64,000 bases of DNA from contig JAOAGR010000002.1 of the NCBI GenBank assembly GCA_026415655.1, positions 131,237 through 195,236 on the forward strand, in the 5' to 3' direction. This document shows, piece by piece, positions 43,783 to 54,097 of the stretch (position 1 is the first letter of the stretch; the number at the start of each line of letters is the position of its first letter). A program made the position numbers and the translations under genes. The notes beneath the pieces are model-generated. The model saw only the letters and a program-made list of their open reading frames with translations. It was not told the DNA's origin and did no database searches. Source of the DNA: Candidatus Dojkabacteria bacterium. GTDB taxonomy: Bacteria; Patescibacteriota; Dojkabacteria; JAOAGR01.

Positions 43783-44745
43783 ATGACAACGACAGATAAA
43801 AATCAAGATAATCAAAATCTAAATCAAAATCCAGAAACACTAGAGTCACAAATTAATAGTGTGCCAGCCACATCTGGACCAATGGCTGAATCAAACAGAC
43901 CGGATGATGAAATTAATCAAATTAAAACTAAAGTTGCGGATGAAGAATCTCAGGTTATAGGTAAAGATATAGAATCTCCTACAAAATCAACGTCTGATGT
44001 TCAATCAGTTCCACAACAGGAAATAAAAGACGATACAAATACGAATTCATCAGAACAGAGTGCTAAAACTAATGTAAATAACACAAATCCTATAGAAAAT
44101 GCCTCAAATCAAATATCTAATTTTGTAAATGAAACTTTGTCAGGTGTGATGCCTAGCAACCAACAAGGTCAGAATAATCAAAATGAAAAAAACAAAAAGA
44201 TAATTTTGTTCGGTATTGTTATTATTGTTATATTATTAGTATGTTGTATATTGTATGTACTTGGTATAACTGTGTTTAAATCAGCTTATGATGGCCTTTT
44301 TGGCCCTTATGGAAATAAACAACAAGATGTAACGCAGCAAAATGCTAACAACAATAATAAATCAGAAGAGAATGATAATAATGATGACACTAAAATTACT
44401 GGAGAAGACAGGAGGGTAAAAAGAGATTTCGTGAAGATATTTAGCGCATCAGGTGATAGTGGCACTAGTTCATCTACAGAAAGCTTCACTGTTAAGGAAA
44501 AAAAGAATCTCAAGTTTGTAGGTACATACAAAAATGTAAGTAGATTTGGATCTTGTGTTATGACTGTCTTAGTTAAAGGAGTTACAGATCAAACTTATTT
44601 CAGTTATGCTCAAACGGTGGAAATACCTAAGGGTGAGGAAAAGACACACGAATCCATGGTTTATAACGTACCCGGTGGTGAATATTATCTAAATGTAAGT
44701 GGTTATGGGTGTGAGTGGAAGGTTGATGTGTATGAAGCAAAATAA
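43783..44745 (+). CDS. Single-pass membrane protein with low-complexity N-terminus and C-terminal beta-rich ectodomain
   Basis: N/Q/S-rich N-terminus, TM IILFGIVIIVILLVCCILYVLGI, C-terminal GGEYYLNVSGYGCEWKVDVY. Confidence 0.8.
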   Translation: MTTTDKNQDNQNLNQNPETLESQINSVPATSGPMAESNRPDDEINQIKTKVADEESQVIGKDIESPTKSTSDVQSVPQQEIKDDTNTNSSEQSAKTNVNNTNPIENASNQISNFVNETLSGVMPSNQQGQNNQNEKNKKIILFGIVIIVILLVCCILYVLGITVFKSAYDGLFGPYGNKQQDVTQQNANNNNKSEENDNNDDTKITGEDRRVKRDFVKIFSASGDSGTSSSTESFTVKEKKNLKFVGTYKNVSRFGSCVMTVLVKGVTDQTYFSYAQTVEIPKGEEKTHESMVYNVPGGEYYLNVSGYGCEWKVDVYEAK

Positions 44746-45123
44746 GAGTAGTATTGTATTAGTTTATATTTTTGAAATTTTGATGTTTTATGCTGATATG
44801 TTATGAATTTGTTTCTTCTTGCTTGTCTAGTTTATCTAGATTTTATTCTGATTAGTTATCATTGTGTCATAGAATTTGTTTTCTGTCGTACCAAGATAAT
44901 AATCAAAGGTCTAATAAATCAATGAACAACACGACAAAGCACCAGAGTATCTTTTAGTTCAAATATGTTGGGATTAAAATAGCGCTAGATAATTTCAATA
45001 AGAATAAGTTATACCTTGCAATTCTCAGACCCATAATCATCTAGATATTTTATTACAGTGATAATTTACATCTATCCGTGTATTATAAAATAAAAATATT
45101 CAAAATATATTTTAAAATTAACT

Positions 45124-45199
45124 TGGTGAGGCGTACTGGACTCGAACCAGTGACAGGCTGCTTAAGAGGCAGCTGCTCTACCGACTGAGCTAACGCCCC
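45124..45199 (-). tRNA. tRNA-Lys(CTT)
   Basis: 76 nt; anticodon arm GCTGC-CTCTTAA-GCAGC, CCA. Confidence 0.96.
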
Positions 45200-45428
45200 A
45201 AGAAAATCTTATGTATTTTATAACAAGATTAATATATGGTAAATAGATTGTAGAAATTAGATCTATTAATTCATTCAACCTGTAGCCTAAGCCACTATGA
45301 ACTTATGAGAATTCGTGATCCCAATCCGATCCTTATTCCACTGTAAAAACCATCAAATGTGTTATTTCTGTTTAGCAAAAGTCTTTGCTACTAAAGTGGA
45401 GATGAATGTCTCAACGCCTGAATATATT

Positions 45429-46037
45429 CTATCTGGTTCGTCTTGTGAAGGCGCTTACGTAAATACAGCCTTGATATGGTGTATTGGGGATGTTTGGATG
45501 GGGTAGTACCTTAGGTGCGCCAAATGGGTCCTCTTTTCGTATGGCTTCATAGCTTTGTAATACCTCAGGTTTCAATTGTATTTCTTGCATTTGTTCTCTT
45601 AGTTTTTCTAGAGATGCCACGACTACCGGCTTATGGACCTCTTCAGGTGTGTATGAGTCCACAAATAGGGCGCCCTTAATTTGTCTCTGCAAGCCAATAC
45701 TTTCTAATAAGGGTGGAATATTGTCGCTCTGATCACCTGGAAGACAGAGTACATTCCGTGCCACAACGTAAATAGGGCCGGGATGTTGTGAGACTATTTG
45801 TCCAATTGCGTCGGAGAATGGTTGATTTGGATAGTATGTAACTTCCTTTAGTGAAGAATGATTGTCGATGTACAATCTGATAGCATGCAGCGGCATTTGG
45901 TTAATCAATTCCGCGTCATTAAAGGCTATACGGAACGACCCCTCTAATCCAAATATATTTTGCACCACGGCTACATAACCAATGTCAGATGGTGGAAATT
46001 TTCCACAACCTGCAAATACTATGGTAAATAAGTTCAT
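45429..46037 (-). CDS. Orphan hypothetical protein
   Basis: 202-aa ORF; CATAAT 8 nt before the ATG. Confidence 0.62.
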   Translation of the reverse strand: MNLFTIVFAGCGKFPPSDIGYVAVVQNIFGLEGSFRIAFNDAELINQMPLHAIRLYIDNHSSLKEVTYYPNQPFSDAIGQIVSQHPGPIYVVARNVLCLPGDQSDNIPPLLESIGLQRQIKGALFVDSYTPEEVHKPVVVASLEKLREQMQEIQLKPEVLQSYEAIRKEDPFGAPKVLPHPNIPNTPYQGCIYVSAFTRRTR

Positions 46038-46267
46038 AGTTTTATATTATGCATTTTTATATCGGGGCTGTTAATCTATTAAGTTCATCAGAATAAACGA
46101 ATGCGATGAACTATAGACAAATGACGTCGTAGGCGACGTTGTTATTAACAAAATTAATGCGAGATAAATTTATGTGATAAAAGGCCCAAAAGTCGGTAAA
46201 AATATGATAATCGGTAAAAATATAAAATGTATTACCATTCATTTTTATCTTTGATAAAAATAATCCA

Positions 46268-46915
46268 CTAACGACAATTATCTACCTGCATAGATTGGGT
46301 TTTATCAAATAACCGTGCATGCTTTAGTGGTATAAGTACGGCAAAGATTTTGCCTTTTAATGTATTGACTTCAGGGTTTACAAACATAAAAACTCGTGAG
46401 TCAGAGCTTTCAGCTCGGTTATCACCAAGTACGAATAGATGTTTTTTAGGGACCTCGTATTCGACGCCCTCTTCCATGCGATCATTATTTCTTATTTCAG
46501 TTTTTCTGTCTTTAGGTAGATACCTTTCTTCGATTTCTTGGCCATTTACATAAACTTTTCCGTTTTCGATTTTTATTTTATCTCCTTCCATCGCAATTAT
46601 GCGTTTGATTAGATCTTGACCTTCACGTAATTGAAATACTATCACATCACCTTTTTGATAACCCGTAAAGTTTGGTGATAGCTTGTCAGTGATTACTACA
46701 TCGCCAGAGCAAAAGTTTGGCTGCATGGATACACCTTCAATGGTATGGGGAGAAAAGACAAACATGTTTAGTATTATCATTGTTGCCAAGCCTATAATTA
46801 GTACTTGGGCAAAGTCCATTATCCATGCAATGATAGAAGTCAAAAAACGAATAATGATATTATCACTAGATTGAAGTGTCTCGTAATGCGATTTTACAAA
46901 GTCTTGTGCTTGCAT
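46268..46915 (-). CDS. lepB: Signal peptidase I
   Basis: TM, GVSMQP (catalytic Ser), LIKRII (Lys), GDNRAESSDSR. Confidence 0.95.
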   Translation of the reverse strand: MQAQDFVKSHYETLQSSDNIIIRFLTSIIAWIMDFAQVLIIGLATMIILNMFVFSPHTIEGVSMQPNFCSGDVVITDKLSPNFTGYQKGDVIVFQLREGQDLIKRIIAMEGDKIKIENGKVYVNGQEIEERYLPKDRKTEIRNNDRMEEGVEYEVPKKHLFVLGDNRAESSDSRVFMFVNPEVNTLKGKIFAVLIPLKHARLFDKTQSMQVDNCR

Positions 46916-46950
46916 GATATCTTTTTGTATAACTTGTATAATATCACATC

Positions 46951-47556
46951 ATGGTAATATTTTGTCGACATGGAAAGACTGTGTATAATGAACAAGATAA
47001 ATTTCAAGGTTTTTCTGATAGTCCACTCACGTCAGAAGGAATAAATCTAGCTTACAAAATACGACATTTCTTAGAGAAAAATGTCATTGATACAAAAAAA
47101 TTAAAATGTTTCTCTAGTCCGTTACAAAGAGCAAAATGTACAACTGATCTAATATTTAAAAATTTAGATATAAAGGATAAACCTGAAATTACAACAACAA
47201 AATTGCTTACAGAGATTTGTTATGGATCATGGGAAGGTATATCGCGAAGTGCTATTGAACCGAAATTTTTAGAACGTAGAGAGGAAAATAGATATATGTT
47301 TATACATCCGGGCGTTTTTAATGGTCAAAAAGGTGAAAGTTATAAATCTATTTTTCTTAGGACTAAGAAATTTCTACAAAAAGTCCTGTTATTAGCTAAA
47401 GATTATCACGTATTAGTAGTAACTCATCATGGAGTGTTGATAAATGTATTTAAATATTTTGGTCATCTTAACGATAAAGAGATTAATAAGATAAGAATAA
47501 AGAATAATCAGTTATTGATTTTGAATAGAAATAAATTTGACATTTACGAACTTTAA
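46951..47556 (+). CDS. Histidine phosphatase superfamily protein (PGM-like)
   Basis: RHGKT, SSPLQRA, EICYGSWEG, GES, VVTHHG. Confidence 0.9.
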   Translation: MVIFCRHGKTVYNEQDKFQGFSDSPLTSEGINLAYKIRHFLEKNVIDTKKLKCFSSPLQRAKCTTDLIFKNLDIKDKPEITTTKLLTEICYGSWEGISRSAIEPKFLERREENRYMFIHPGVFNGQKGESYKSIFLRTKKFLQKVLLLAKDYHVLVVTHHGVLINVFKYFGHLNDKEINKIRIKNNQLLILNRNKFDIYEL

Positions 47557-47568
47557 TTAGTTGATTAA

Positions 47569-47596
47569 TTGACACTTTTTGATTATTTGATACAAT
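47569..47596 (+). promoter_or_regulatory. Sigma70 promoter for leuS
   Basis: TTGACA-16 nt-TACAAT, 8 nt before ATG 47605. Confidence 0.7.
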
Positions 47597-47604
47597 TTAA
47601 GATC

Positions 47605-50055
47605 ATGTCAGCTGGTTATAATCACCAAGAAATTGATTCAAAATGGCGAAAAGCCTGGACGGAGAAGAGCTTTTACGTAGTTGATAATAAATTATCAGAC
47701 AAGAAAAAAATCTATATTTTAGACATGTATCCATACCCTTCAGGATCGGGGTTACATGTAGGGCATGTTGAAGGTTATACTGGTACAGATGTGTTATCTC
47801 GGTTTTATAGAATGAATGGATATGAGGTTTTACATCCTATGGGATGGGATTCTTTCGGGCTTCCAGCTGAAAACTATGCTATAAAAACTGGTATTCATCC
47901 TAAGAAAACAACGGAAGATGCTATTGCTACATTTAAGGAACAATTACAATCTTTAGGATTTTCTTATGATTGGACTAGAGAGATAGCTTGTCATACTACA
48001 GAGTATTATAAATGGACGCAATGGCTATTTAAGTTTTTATATCAAAGAGGATTAGCTTTTAGAAAAAAAGCACCGGTAAATTGGTGTGATAAATGTAAGA
48101 CAGTTATTGCTAATGAACAAGTAATAAATGGACTTTGTGAAAGGTGCGATAGTCAAGTCATACAAAAAGAAATGGATCAGTGGTTTTTCAAAATTACTGA
48201 ATACGCGGATAGATTGATTGAAGATATAAAAAAAGTTGATTGGCCTGAGTCGACTAAACAGAATCAATTGAATTGGATAGGTAGATCAGAAGGTGCAGAA
48301 ATAGATTTTGATATTTTAGGTAAAGATGAGAAAGTTACAGTTTTTACAACTCGTTTAGACACTATTTATGGTGTTACATTCTTGGTGTTGGCACCGGAAC
48401 ATCCATTGGTTCAGCAAATTGTAGATGAAAATTATCGACAACAAGTAGTTGATTATATAGAAAAAACAAAACAAAAAACTGAACTAGATCGTATATCTCA
48501 AAAAGAAAAAACAGGAGTTTTCACCGGAGCTTATGCAATAAATCCATTTAATAACGAAAAAGTACCTATTTGGATTAGTGATTTTGTACTTTATCACTAC
48601 GGTACTGGTGCTGTAATGGGTGTACCAGCACATGATGAACGTGATTTTGAATTTGCAAAAAAATTTGGTTTAGAAATAAAAAAAGTTGTTACCAGAAGTA
48701 TGGGATGTTGTTGTGGTAATTGTTCTTGTGAGGATCTACCGATCGTGGAAGAAGATGGAGCAGTGCTTGTGAATTCAGGAGACTTTGATTATCTATCAAC
48801 TCACGATGCAAGAGTAAAAATGCTTGATTATGCAGTATCAAAAGGCCTCGGTAGGAAGAAGGTAAGTTATAAACTACGAGATTGGTCTATTTCAAGACAA
48901 AGATATTGGGGATGTCCAATACCTGTTGTTTATGAAAAGGATGGAAATATCATTTTAGTTGACGATGCCGATCTACCTGTGATATTGCCTGATGATGTTA
49001 ATTTTGTTCCAACAGGACGTAGTCCATTATTAGATCATGAAGAATTTATTGATGTATCTGATAAATATGGAGAGGGTGCTAGAAGGGAAGCCGATACTAT
49101 GGACACATTTGTAGATTCTAGTTGGTACTTTTTGAGATTTTGTGATCCTAATAATGCTTTTGAATTCGCAAGTCGTGAATCTATGAAAAAATGGGCTCCA
49201 GTAGATATCTACGTTGGTGGAGCAGAACATACTACTTTACATCTTTTGTATGCGAGGTTTTTTACGAAAGTGTTATATGATGCGGGTTATATTGATTTTG
49301 ATGAGCCTTTTTTGATGCTAAGACATCCTGGTATTGTTCTGGGTGAGGATGGTTCCAAAATGAGTAAAAGGCTTGGTAATGTGATTGATCCTTTATCTGT
49401 TGCATCAGAGTATGGCGCTGATGCTTTACGTACTTATGAACTTTTTATGGGGCCTTTCAATAAGATGAAAGCTTGGAGTACATCTGGCGTGCGTGGTATA
49501 AGAAGATTCTTAGATAGAGTCTGGAAGATTTATGATAATGGGCTCTATGAAAATTCTGAATATAATTCAGAGGTCGATGCAAGATTGCATAAAACTATAA
49601 AAAAAGTGACAGAAGATACTCAAAGTTTTGATTTTAACACCGCAATCTCAGCCATGATGGAGTTTATAAATTTTGTAGAAGATAATAATAGTATTACTCT
49701 TGATCAATATAAAAAATTTTTACAACTTTTGGCGCCATATGCACCGTTTTTGACAGAAGAAATTTGGCAAAAGGTGAATAACAATAATGAAGATACTTTT
49801 GATGAAAGTAAATCTATCCATTATTCTGTATGGCCTGAGTATGATGAATCAAAGATAGTGGAGAGTATGGTAACGATTGGAGTGCAGGTGAATGGTACAG
49901 TACGTAGTGAGTTGACAGTAAGAGCAGATGAAAGTTTGGAAGTAGTGAAAGAAAAAGTTTTATCTGATCCGAAGATACAGAAGTGGATTGAGGGAAAAAT
50001 TATTAAGGATATAATCTATAAGCCAGGTAAGATAGTAAATATTATTGTTGAATAA
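47605..50055 (+). CDS. leuS: Leucine-tRNA ligase
   Basis: PYPSGSGLHVGH, GTGAVMGVPAHDERD, DWSISRQRYWG, KMSKR. Confidence 0.97.
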   Translation: MSAGYNHQEIDSKWRKAWTEKSFYVVDNKLSDKKKIYILDMYPYPSGSGLHVGHVEGYTGTDVLSRFYRMNGYEVLHPMGWDSFGLPAENYAIKTGIHPKKTTEDAIATFKEQLQSLGFSYDWTREIACHTTEYYKWTQWLFKFLYQRGLAFRKKAPVNWCDKCKTVIANEQVINGLCERCDSQVIQKEMDQWFFKITEYADRLIEDIKKVDWPESTKQNQLNWIGRSEGAEIDFDILGKDEKVTVFTTRLDTIYGVTFLVLAPEHPLVQQIVDENYRQQVVDYIEKTKQKTELDRISQKEKTGVFTGAYAINPFNNEKVPIWISDFVLYHYGTGAVMGVPAHDERDFEFAKKFGLEIKKVVTRSMGCCCGNCSCEDLPIVEEDGAVLVNSGDFDYLSTHDARVKMLDYAVSKGLGRKKVSYKLRDWSISRQRYWGCPIPVVYEKDGNIILVDDADLPVILPDDVNFVPTGRSPLLDHEEFIDVSDKYGEGARREADTMDTFVDSSWYFLRFCDPNNAFEFASRESMKKWAPVDIYVGGAEHTTLHLLYARFFTKVLYDAGYIDFDEPFLMLRHPGIVLGEDGSKMSKRLGNVIDPLSVASEYGADALRTYELFMGPFNKMKAWSTSGVRGIRRFLDRVWKIYDNGLYENSEYNSEVDARLHKTIKKVTEDTQSFDFNTAISAMMEFINFVEDNNSITLDQYKKFLQLLAPYAPFLTEEIWQKVNNNNEDTFDESKSIHYSVWPEYDESKIVESMVTIGVQVNGTVRSELTVRADESLEVVKEKVLSDPKIQKWIEGKIIKDIIYKPGKIVNIIVE

Positions 50056-50185
50056 CTCTTTTTAAATAGGTTAAAAACATCTAGAATTCAAAATTGAAGG
50101 ATTTTTTATTTATTTTTTGTCTAGAAAATTCATTTTGTTAGTAATTTAATTTTATTTAGGTAAAATAGATTAGATTCTGTGTTAT

Positions 50186-53100
50186 TTATATTGTCTCAAT
50201 ATTATTAACTATGTTCTGAAAATCGGTTAGATTTAAATCTGATGGATATTTCTTTTTTAATTTTATCAAATGATCTTTTGTGTGATTTGGAATTTGAATA
50301 TAAATATCTATACCATTATCACAAGCTATACTTTTGAGATACAAACTTAATTTTTCTAAATCTTCTTTTGTAGTACCACGATTGATAATTATTTTAATGG
50401 CTTTATTTTGTATTTTGTCCGGTTCTAATTTTTGAGGAGTGTCTATTGTTCTAGTATTTGTTTTATCTTCATTCTGTTGGTTATTAGAGAGTTGATTTTT
50501 TGTAGAGATAGAAATATTTTGGATTTGTTTTTCTGATAGCTTTTCTCTTGTTTTAACTTCTTCCTGTTTTGAACTGGATTGACCTTTATTGATTTTTAAT
50601 TCATATAGTTTTTTTAGCTGTGTTGTGGTAAAGATCTTAACTTTTTCTGGTACTAACTCTGTTTCGTACTTTTTGTCAATTATACGGGTAATTAGTGTTC
50701 CTTTAATATTTATATAGTCATTTATTTCCGGCTCTTTCTCAAGAGACCCAAATATTTTTGGAAATAAAGTTACTTCTATACTGCCTGTTTGATCGGCGAC
50801 GGTAACAAATGCCATTTTTTCCTGTTTCTTGGTTGTAATAATTTTTAACTTAGTAATTTTTCCAAATATATTTACTAGCTCATTTTTTGTATAACTATCA
50901 TTGCTTTCATTTTCGTCGTCAGCTTCCATTATTTCACTCTGTTCGTTTTCGGCAAGTTCGCTTATTGTATTGTAACCATTAGAGTACAGATATTCAGATA
51001 CTTTCATTCCGATATCTTTTGTAAATTGTAATTTTAAAAATTCAAGTTCCCATGATATTTTTTCTTCGTCTGTGGTATCTTTGTTTGGTACAAGTGTTAC
51101 ATTATTCCAATTTGTATTTTTTGTCGTTTCTTGCCCAAAAAGGTTCGTCATACCTGTATCTACATGATCTTGTAATGAGTGAAATTTTGAATAAATTCTT
51201 TCGTAGATTTCTAACAATCCATTTCTATCACCAAATTCATCAAATGCACCGATTTTTATAAGTATTTCAAGGCATTTTTTAGTAACTGCTCTGTGATCTA
51301 CTCTATAACAAAAGTCATCAAGAGATAAATATTCACCATTTTTTTGGCGTTCCTCTACGATATTTCTTACTGCATTATCACCGACACCTTTGATACTGCC
51401 AAGACCAAAACGAATGTTGTTTTGATTTTCTATCGTAAAGTAGATATCTGATTTATTTATAGATGGGGGAAGTATCTTGATACCGTGTGCAGCGGCATCT
51501 ACAGCAAGCTTTGCTATTTTTTCCAATTTATCCAAATATCCAAACATCATTGCTACATAGTATTCGATAGTGTAGTTTGCCTTTAGGTATGCGGTTATAT
51601 AAGCGATATAACCATAGGCTGCGGAATGTGATTTATTAAAACCATAATCTGCAAATGGTAAAACATATTGCCAGAGCTGATCAGCTATTTCTTTGCCATA
51701 ATGAGGAAATTTTTCTATAAAACCGTTCTTAAATTTTGTTTCCTCTTGAGCAATAAGATCATTTAATTTTTTACCAACGGCTTTTCTTATGTTGTCAGCG
51801 CCACCAACTGTATATCCACATAGTTCACTTGCGATCCTTAACAATTGTTCTTGATATATAGCAAAACCATATGATATTTTGAGTATAGGCTCTAGTTCCG
51901 GAATTATATATTCAACTGGTTCACGTCCATGCTTGCGATTAATATATCTTGGAATATACTCTAACGGACCGGGACGATATAAGGCGCACATAGCGACGAT
52001 TTCTTCTATCTTTGTGGGTTTTAACTCTTTTAAGTATTTTCTCATTCCTGCAGATTCAAGCTGGAACACACCTGTAGTATCACCTTTTTGTAATATTTCG
52101 TATGCTTTTGGGTCATCTTCTGGAATATGAAAAACATCAATTGTAATATTTCGGTATTTTTTAATTAATTCAATTGTCTTGTCAATCGTTGATAAATTTA
52201 TTAAACCTAAAAAATCGAATTTCATCATTCCAAGTCCTTCTAGATAAGCACCTTCGATTTGAGTTATTATACGATTACCTGATTGTCTTTCTTTCTGTAC
52301 AGGACAGTATTCTATAATTGGATTTGGGGTTATTAGATATCCACAAGCGTGTGTTGAAATGTTTCGGGGTGAGTTTTCTAGCCCTTTTACATATTGTATC
52401 AATTTTGCATTTTTGGGGGTGACATCTATGAGATGGGTTAGTTCCTCACCGCATTGACAGTGAGTTTCATGGGTGTCGTAGAATAGTCTTTTTTCTTTAA
52501 TACAGGCTTTTATTTGAACTAGATTCGAACTATCACCCTTTAATATCTCTCGAAATCTTAAAATTTTTTCCCTATTTTTATCTAAGATACCTTTTTCTTT
52601 ATTACTTGCTAATAAATCAGAAATTAATGGATATATTGGCATGACCTTTCCAAATGTTACGGGAACAAGCTTGGAAAGGCTATCAGCTGTTTTTAAATCT
52701 ATATCTAAGACTCGTGCTGCATCTCGTATTGCATTTCTGGTTGTTAGTTTACCTATGGCTCCAACGTTACATACATTCTCTTCACCATAAGTTTTTTTGA
52801 CGAATTCTATTACTTTTTCGCGACCGTGGTCTGCGATATCTAAATCAATATCAGGAAAGGATTTTCTTTCGGGATTAAGAAATCTTTCGAAGATTAATTC
52901 ATATTTGATTGGATCAACTGTAGTGATGCCTATTGCATATGCGACTGCCGATCCAGCAGCCGAACCTCTTGTTGATACGAATATACCATTCTCTCTAGCC
53001 CAGTTAACTATTGACCAGACAACCAAAAAATACCCATCATATCCTTTTTCGTGGATTACTTGAAGTTCATAATTTAGTCTGTCCTCCAACTCTTTGTTAT

Positions 53101-54031
53101 AATAACCGAATCTTTTTTCCGCATTTTCAAATACTAACTTTCTCAAAAACGACTCTTCCGTCTCCCCTTCGGGTATAAATGGATAGACCGGCTGTACTTT
53201 ACCATGACTTATGCTGTATTGTTCGACCTTTTCTGCTATTTCTAGTGTAGCCTGTAATGCTTCTGGAAGATCTTCGAATAACTTTTCCATTTCTTCCGGA
53301 CTTTTGAAATAAGCCTCATGTGTCTCTTGTTTACGACGACTAGGATCTGACATTTTTTTGCCATCATCTATGGCCCACATTACCTCTCTGATCTCAGCAT
53401 CTTCTTCAGTTAGATAATAAACAGGGTTTGTAGCAACAAGTTTTATTCTTTTTTGTTGAGCCAATTTAATTAATTCATCATTGACATAGCTTTCGTACTG
53501 ATAACCTAATCTTTGGATCTCAACATAAAAATCATCACCAAAAATGTTTGTGTACCACTCAATGATCTGATCGGTTTCCTTTTTGTTACCAGTATATATA
53601 GTATTTGCAAGTTGACTTTTTGGACCGCCTATGAGACATATAATCCCTTCTTTGTATTTTTCTAAAAGTTCCTTATCTACCCGAGGTTTGTAATAAAATC
53701 CTTCGATATGTGAATATGAGATTATCTTTATTAAATTTTTATATCCTATGAAGTTTTTTGCCAACAGAGTTATGCTGGATGTTTTTTCATCTATTTTTGC
53801 CACTTTATCAAAACGGCTACGTGGTGCGATGTTAGTATGTACACCGATGATAGGTTTGATTTCCTTTTCTTTGCATTTGTCAAAAAATTTTGGCAGCCCG
53901 TAAAGATTAGAATTATCAGTCAGTGCTATCGCAGGCATGTTGTAAGATTTGGCTTTCGACGGTATAATATCTACGTTGAGGTTGGAATCCAAGATAGAGT
54001 AGTGACTGTGGACTCTGAGGTGAATGTACAT
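50186..54031 (-). CDS. dnaE: DNA polymerase III alpha subunit
   Basis: PHP N-terminus, RGSAAGS, FERFLNPER, PDIDLD, KFDFLGL, YGFNKSH, OB fold MAFVTVADQTG. Confidence 0.97.
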   Translation of the reverse strand: MYIHLRVHSHYSILDSNLNVDIIPSKAKSYNMPAIALTDNSNLYGLPKFFDKCKEKEIKPIIGVHTNIAPRSRFDKVAKIDEKTSSITLLAKNFIGYKNLIKIISYSHIEGFYYKPRVDKELLEKYKEGIICLIGGPKSQLANTIYTGNKKETDQIIEWYTNIFGDDFYVEIQRLGYQYESYVNDELIKLAQQKRIKLVATNPVYYLTEEDAEIREVMWAIDDGKKMSDPSRRKQETHEAYFKSPEEMEKLFEDLPEALQATLEIAEKVEQYSISHGKVQPVYPFIPEGETEESFLRKLVFENAEKRFGYYNKELEDRLNYELQVIHEKGYDGYFLVVWSIVNWARENGIFVSTRGSAAGSAVAYAIGITTVDPIKYELIFERFLNPERKSFPDIDLDIADHGREKVIEFVKKTYGEENVCNVGAIGKLTTRNAIRDAARVLDIDLKTADSLSKLVPVTFGKVMPIYPLISDLLASNKEKGILDKNREKILRFREILKGDSSNLVQIKACIKEKRLFYDTHETHCQCGEELTHLIDVTPKNAKLIQYVKGLENSPRNISTHACGYLITPNPIIEYCPVQKERQSGNRIITQIEGAYLEGLGMMKFDFLGLINLSTIDKTIELIKKYRNITIDVFHIPEDDPKAYEILQKGDTTGVFQLESAGMRKYLKELKPTKIEEIVAMCALYRPGPLEYIPRYINRKHGREPVEYIIPELEPILKISYGFAIYQEQLLRIASELCGYTVGGADNIRKAVGKKLNDLIAQEETKFKNGFIEKFPHYGKEIADQLWQYVLPFADYGFNKSHSAAYGYIAYITAYLKANYTIEYYVAMMFGYLDKLEKIAKLAVDAAAHGIKILPPSINKSDIYFTIENQNNIRFGLGSIKGVGDNAVRNIVEERQKNGEYLSLDDFCYRVDHRAVTKKCLEILIKIGAFDEFGDRNGLLEIYERIYSKFHSLQDHVDTGMTNLFGQETTKNTNWNNVTLVPNKDTTDEEKISWELEFLKLQFTKDIGMKVSEYLYSNGYNTISELAENEQSEIMEADDENESNDSYTKNELVNIFGKITKLKIITTKKQEKMAFVTVADQTGSIEVTLFPKIFGSLEKEPEINDYINIKGTLITRIIDKKYETELVPEKVKIFTTTQLKKLYELKINKGQSSSKQEEVKTREKLSEKQIQNISISTKNQLSNNQQNEDKTNTRTIDTPQKLEPDKIQNKAIKIIINRGTTKEDLEKLSLYLKSIACDNGIDIYIQIPNHTKDHLIKLKKKYPSDLNLTDFQNIVNNIETI

Positions 54032-54097
54032 GGAGTAAGTTTAGCAGATTGGTAAAACCAGTTTGTAGTCTGATAAATATATAATAAAAAACTAAAT

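Noticed and set aside
42666-45199. Integrative element between tRNA-Cys and tRNA-Lys
   Set aside because: No integrase and no duplicated tRNA 3' end found.
5806-50055. Five aminoacyl-tRNA synthetases as a functional cluster
   Set aside because: Dispersed on both strands with separate promoters; plausible by chance in a small genome.
52410-52640. Intein in DnaE
   Set aside because: Too short, and lacks N-terminal C/S block A and C-terminal HN-C/S/T motifs.
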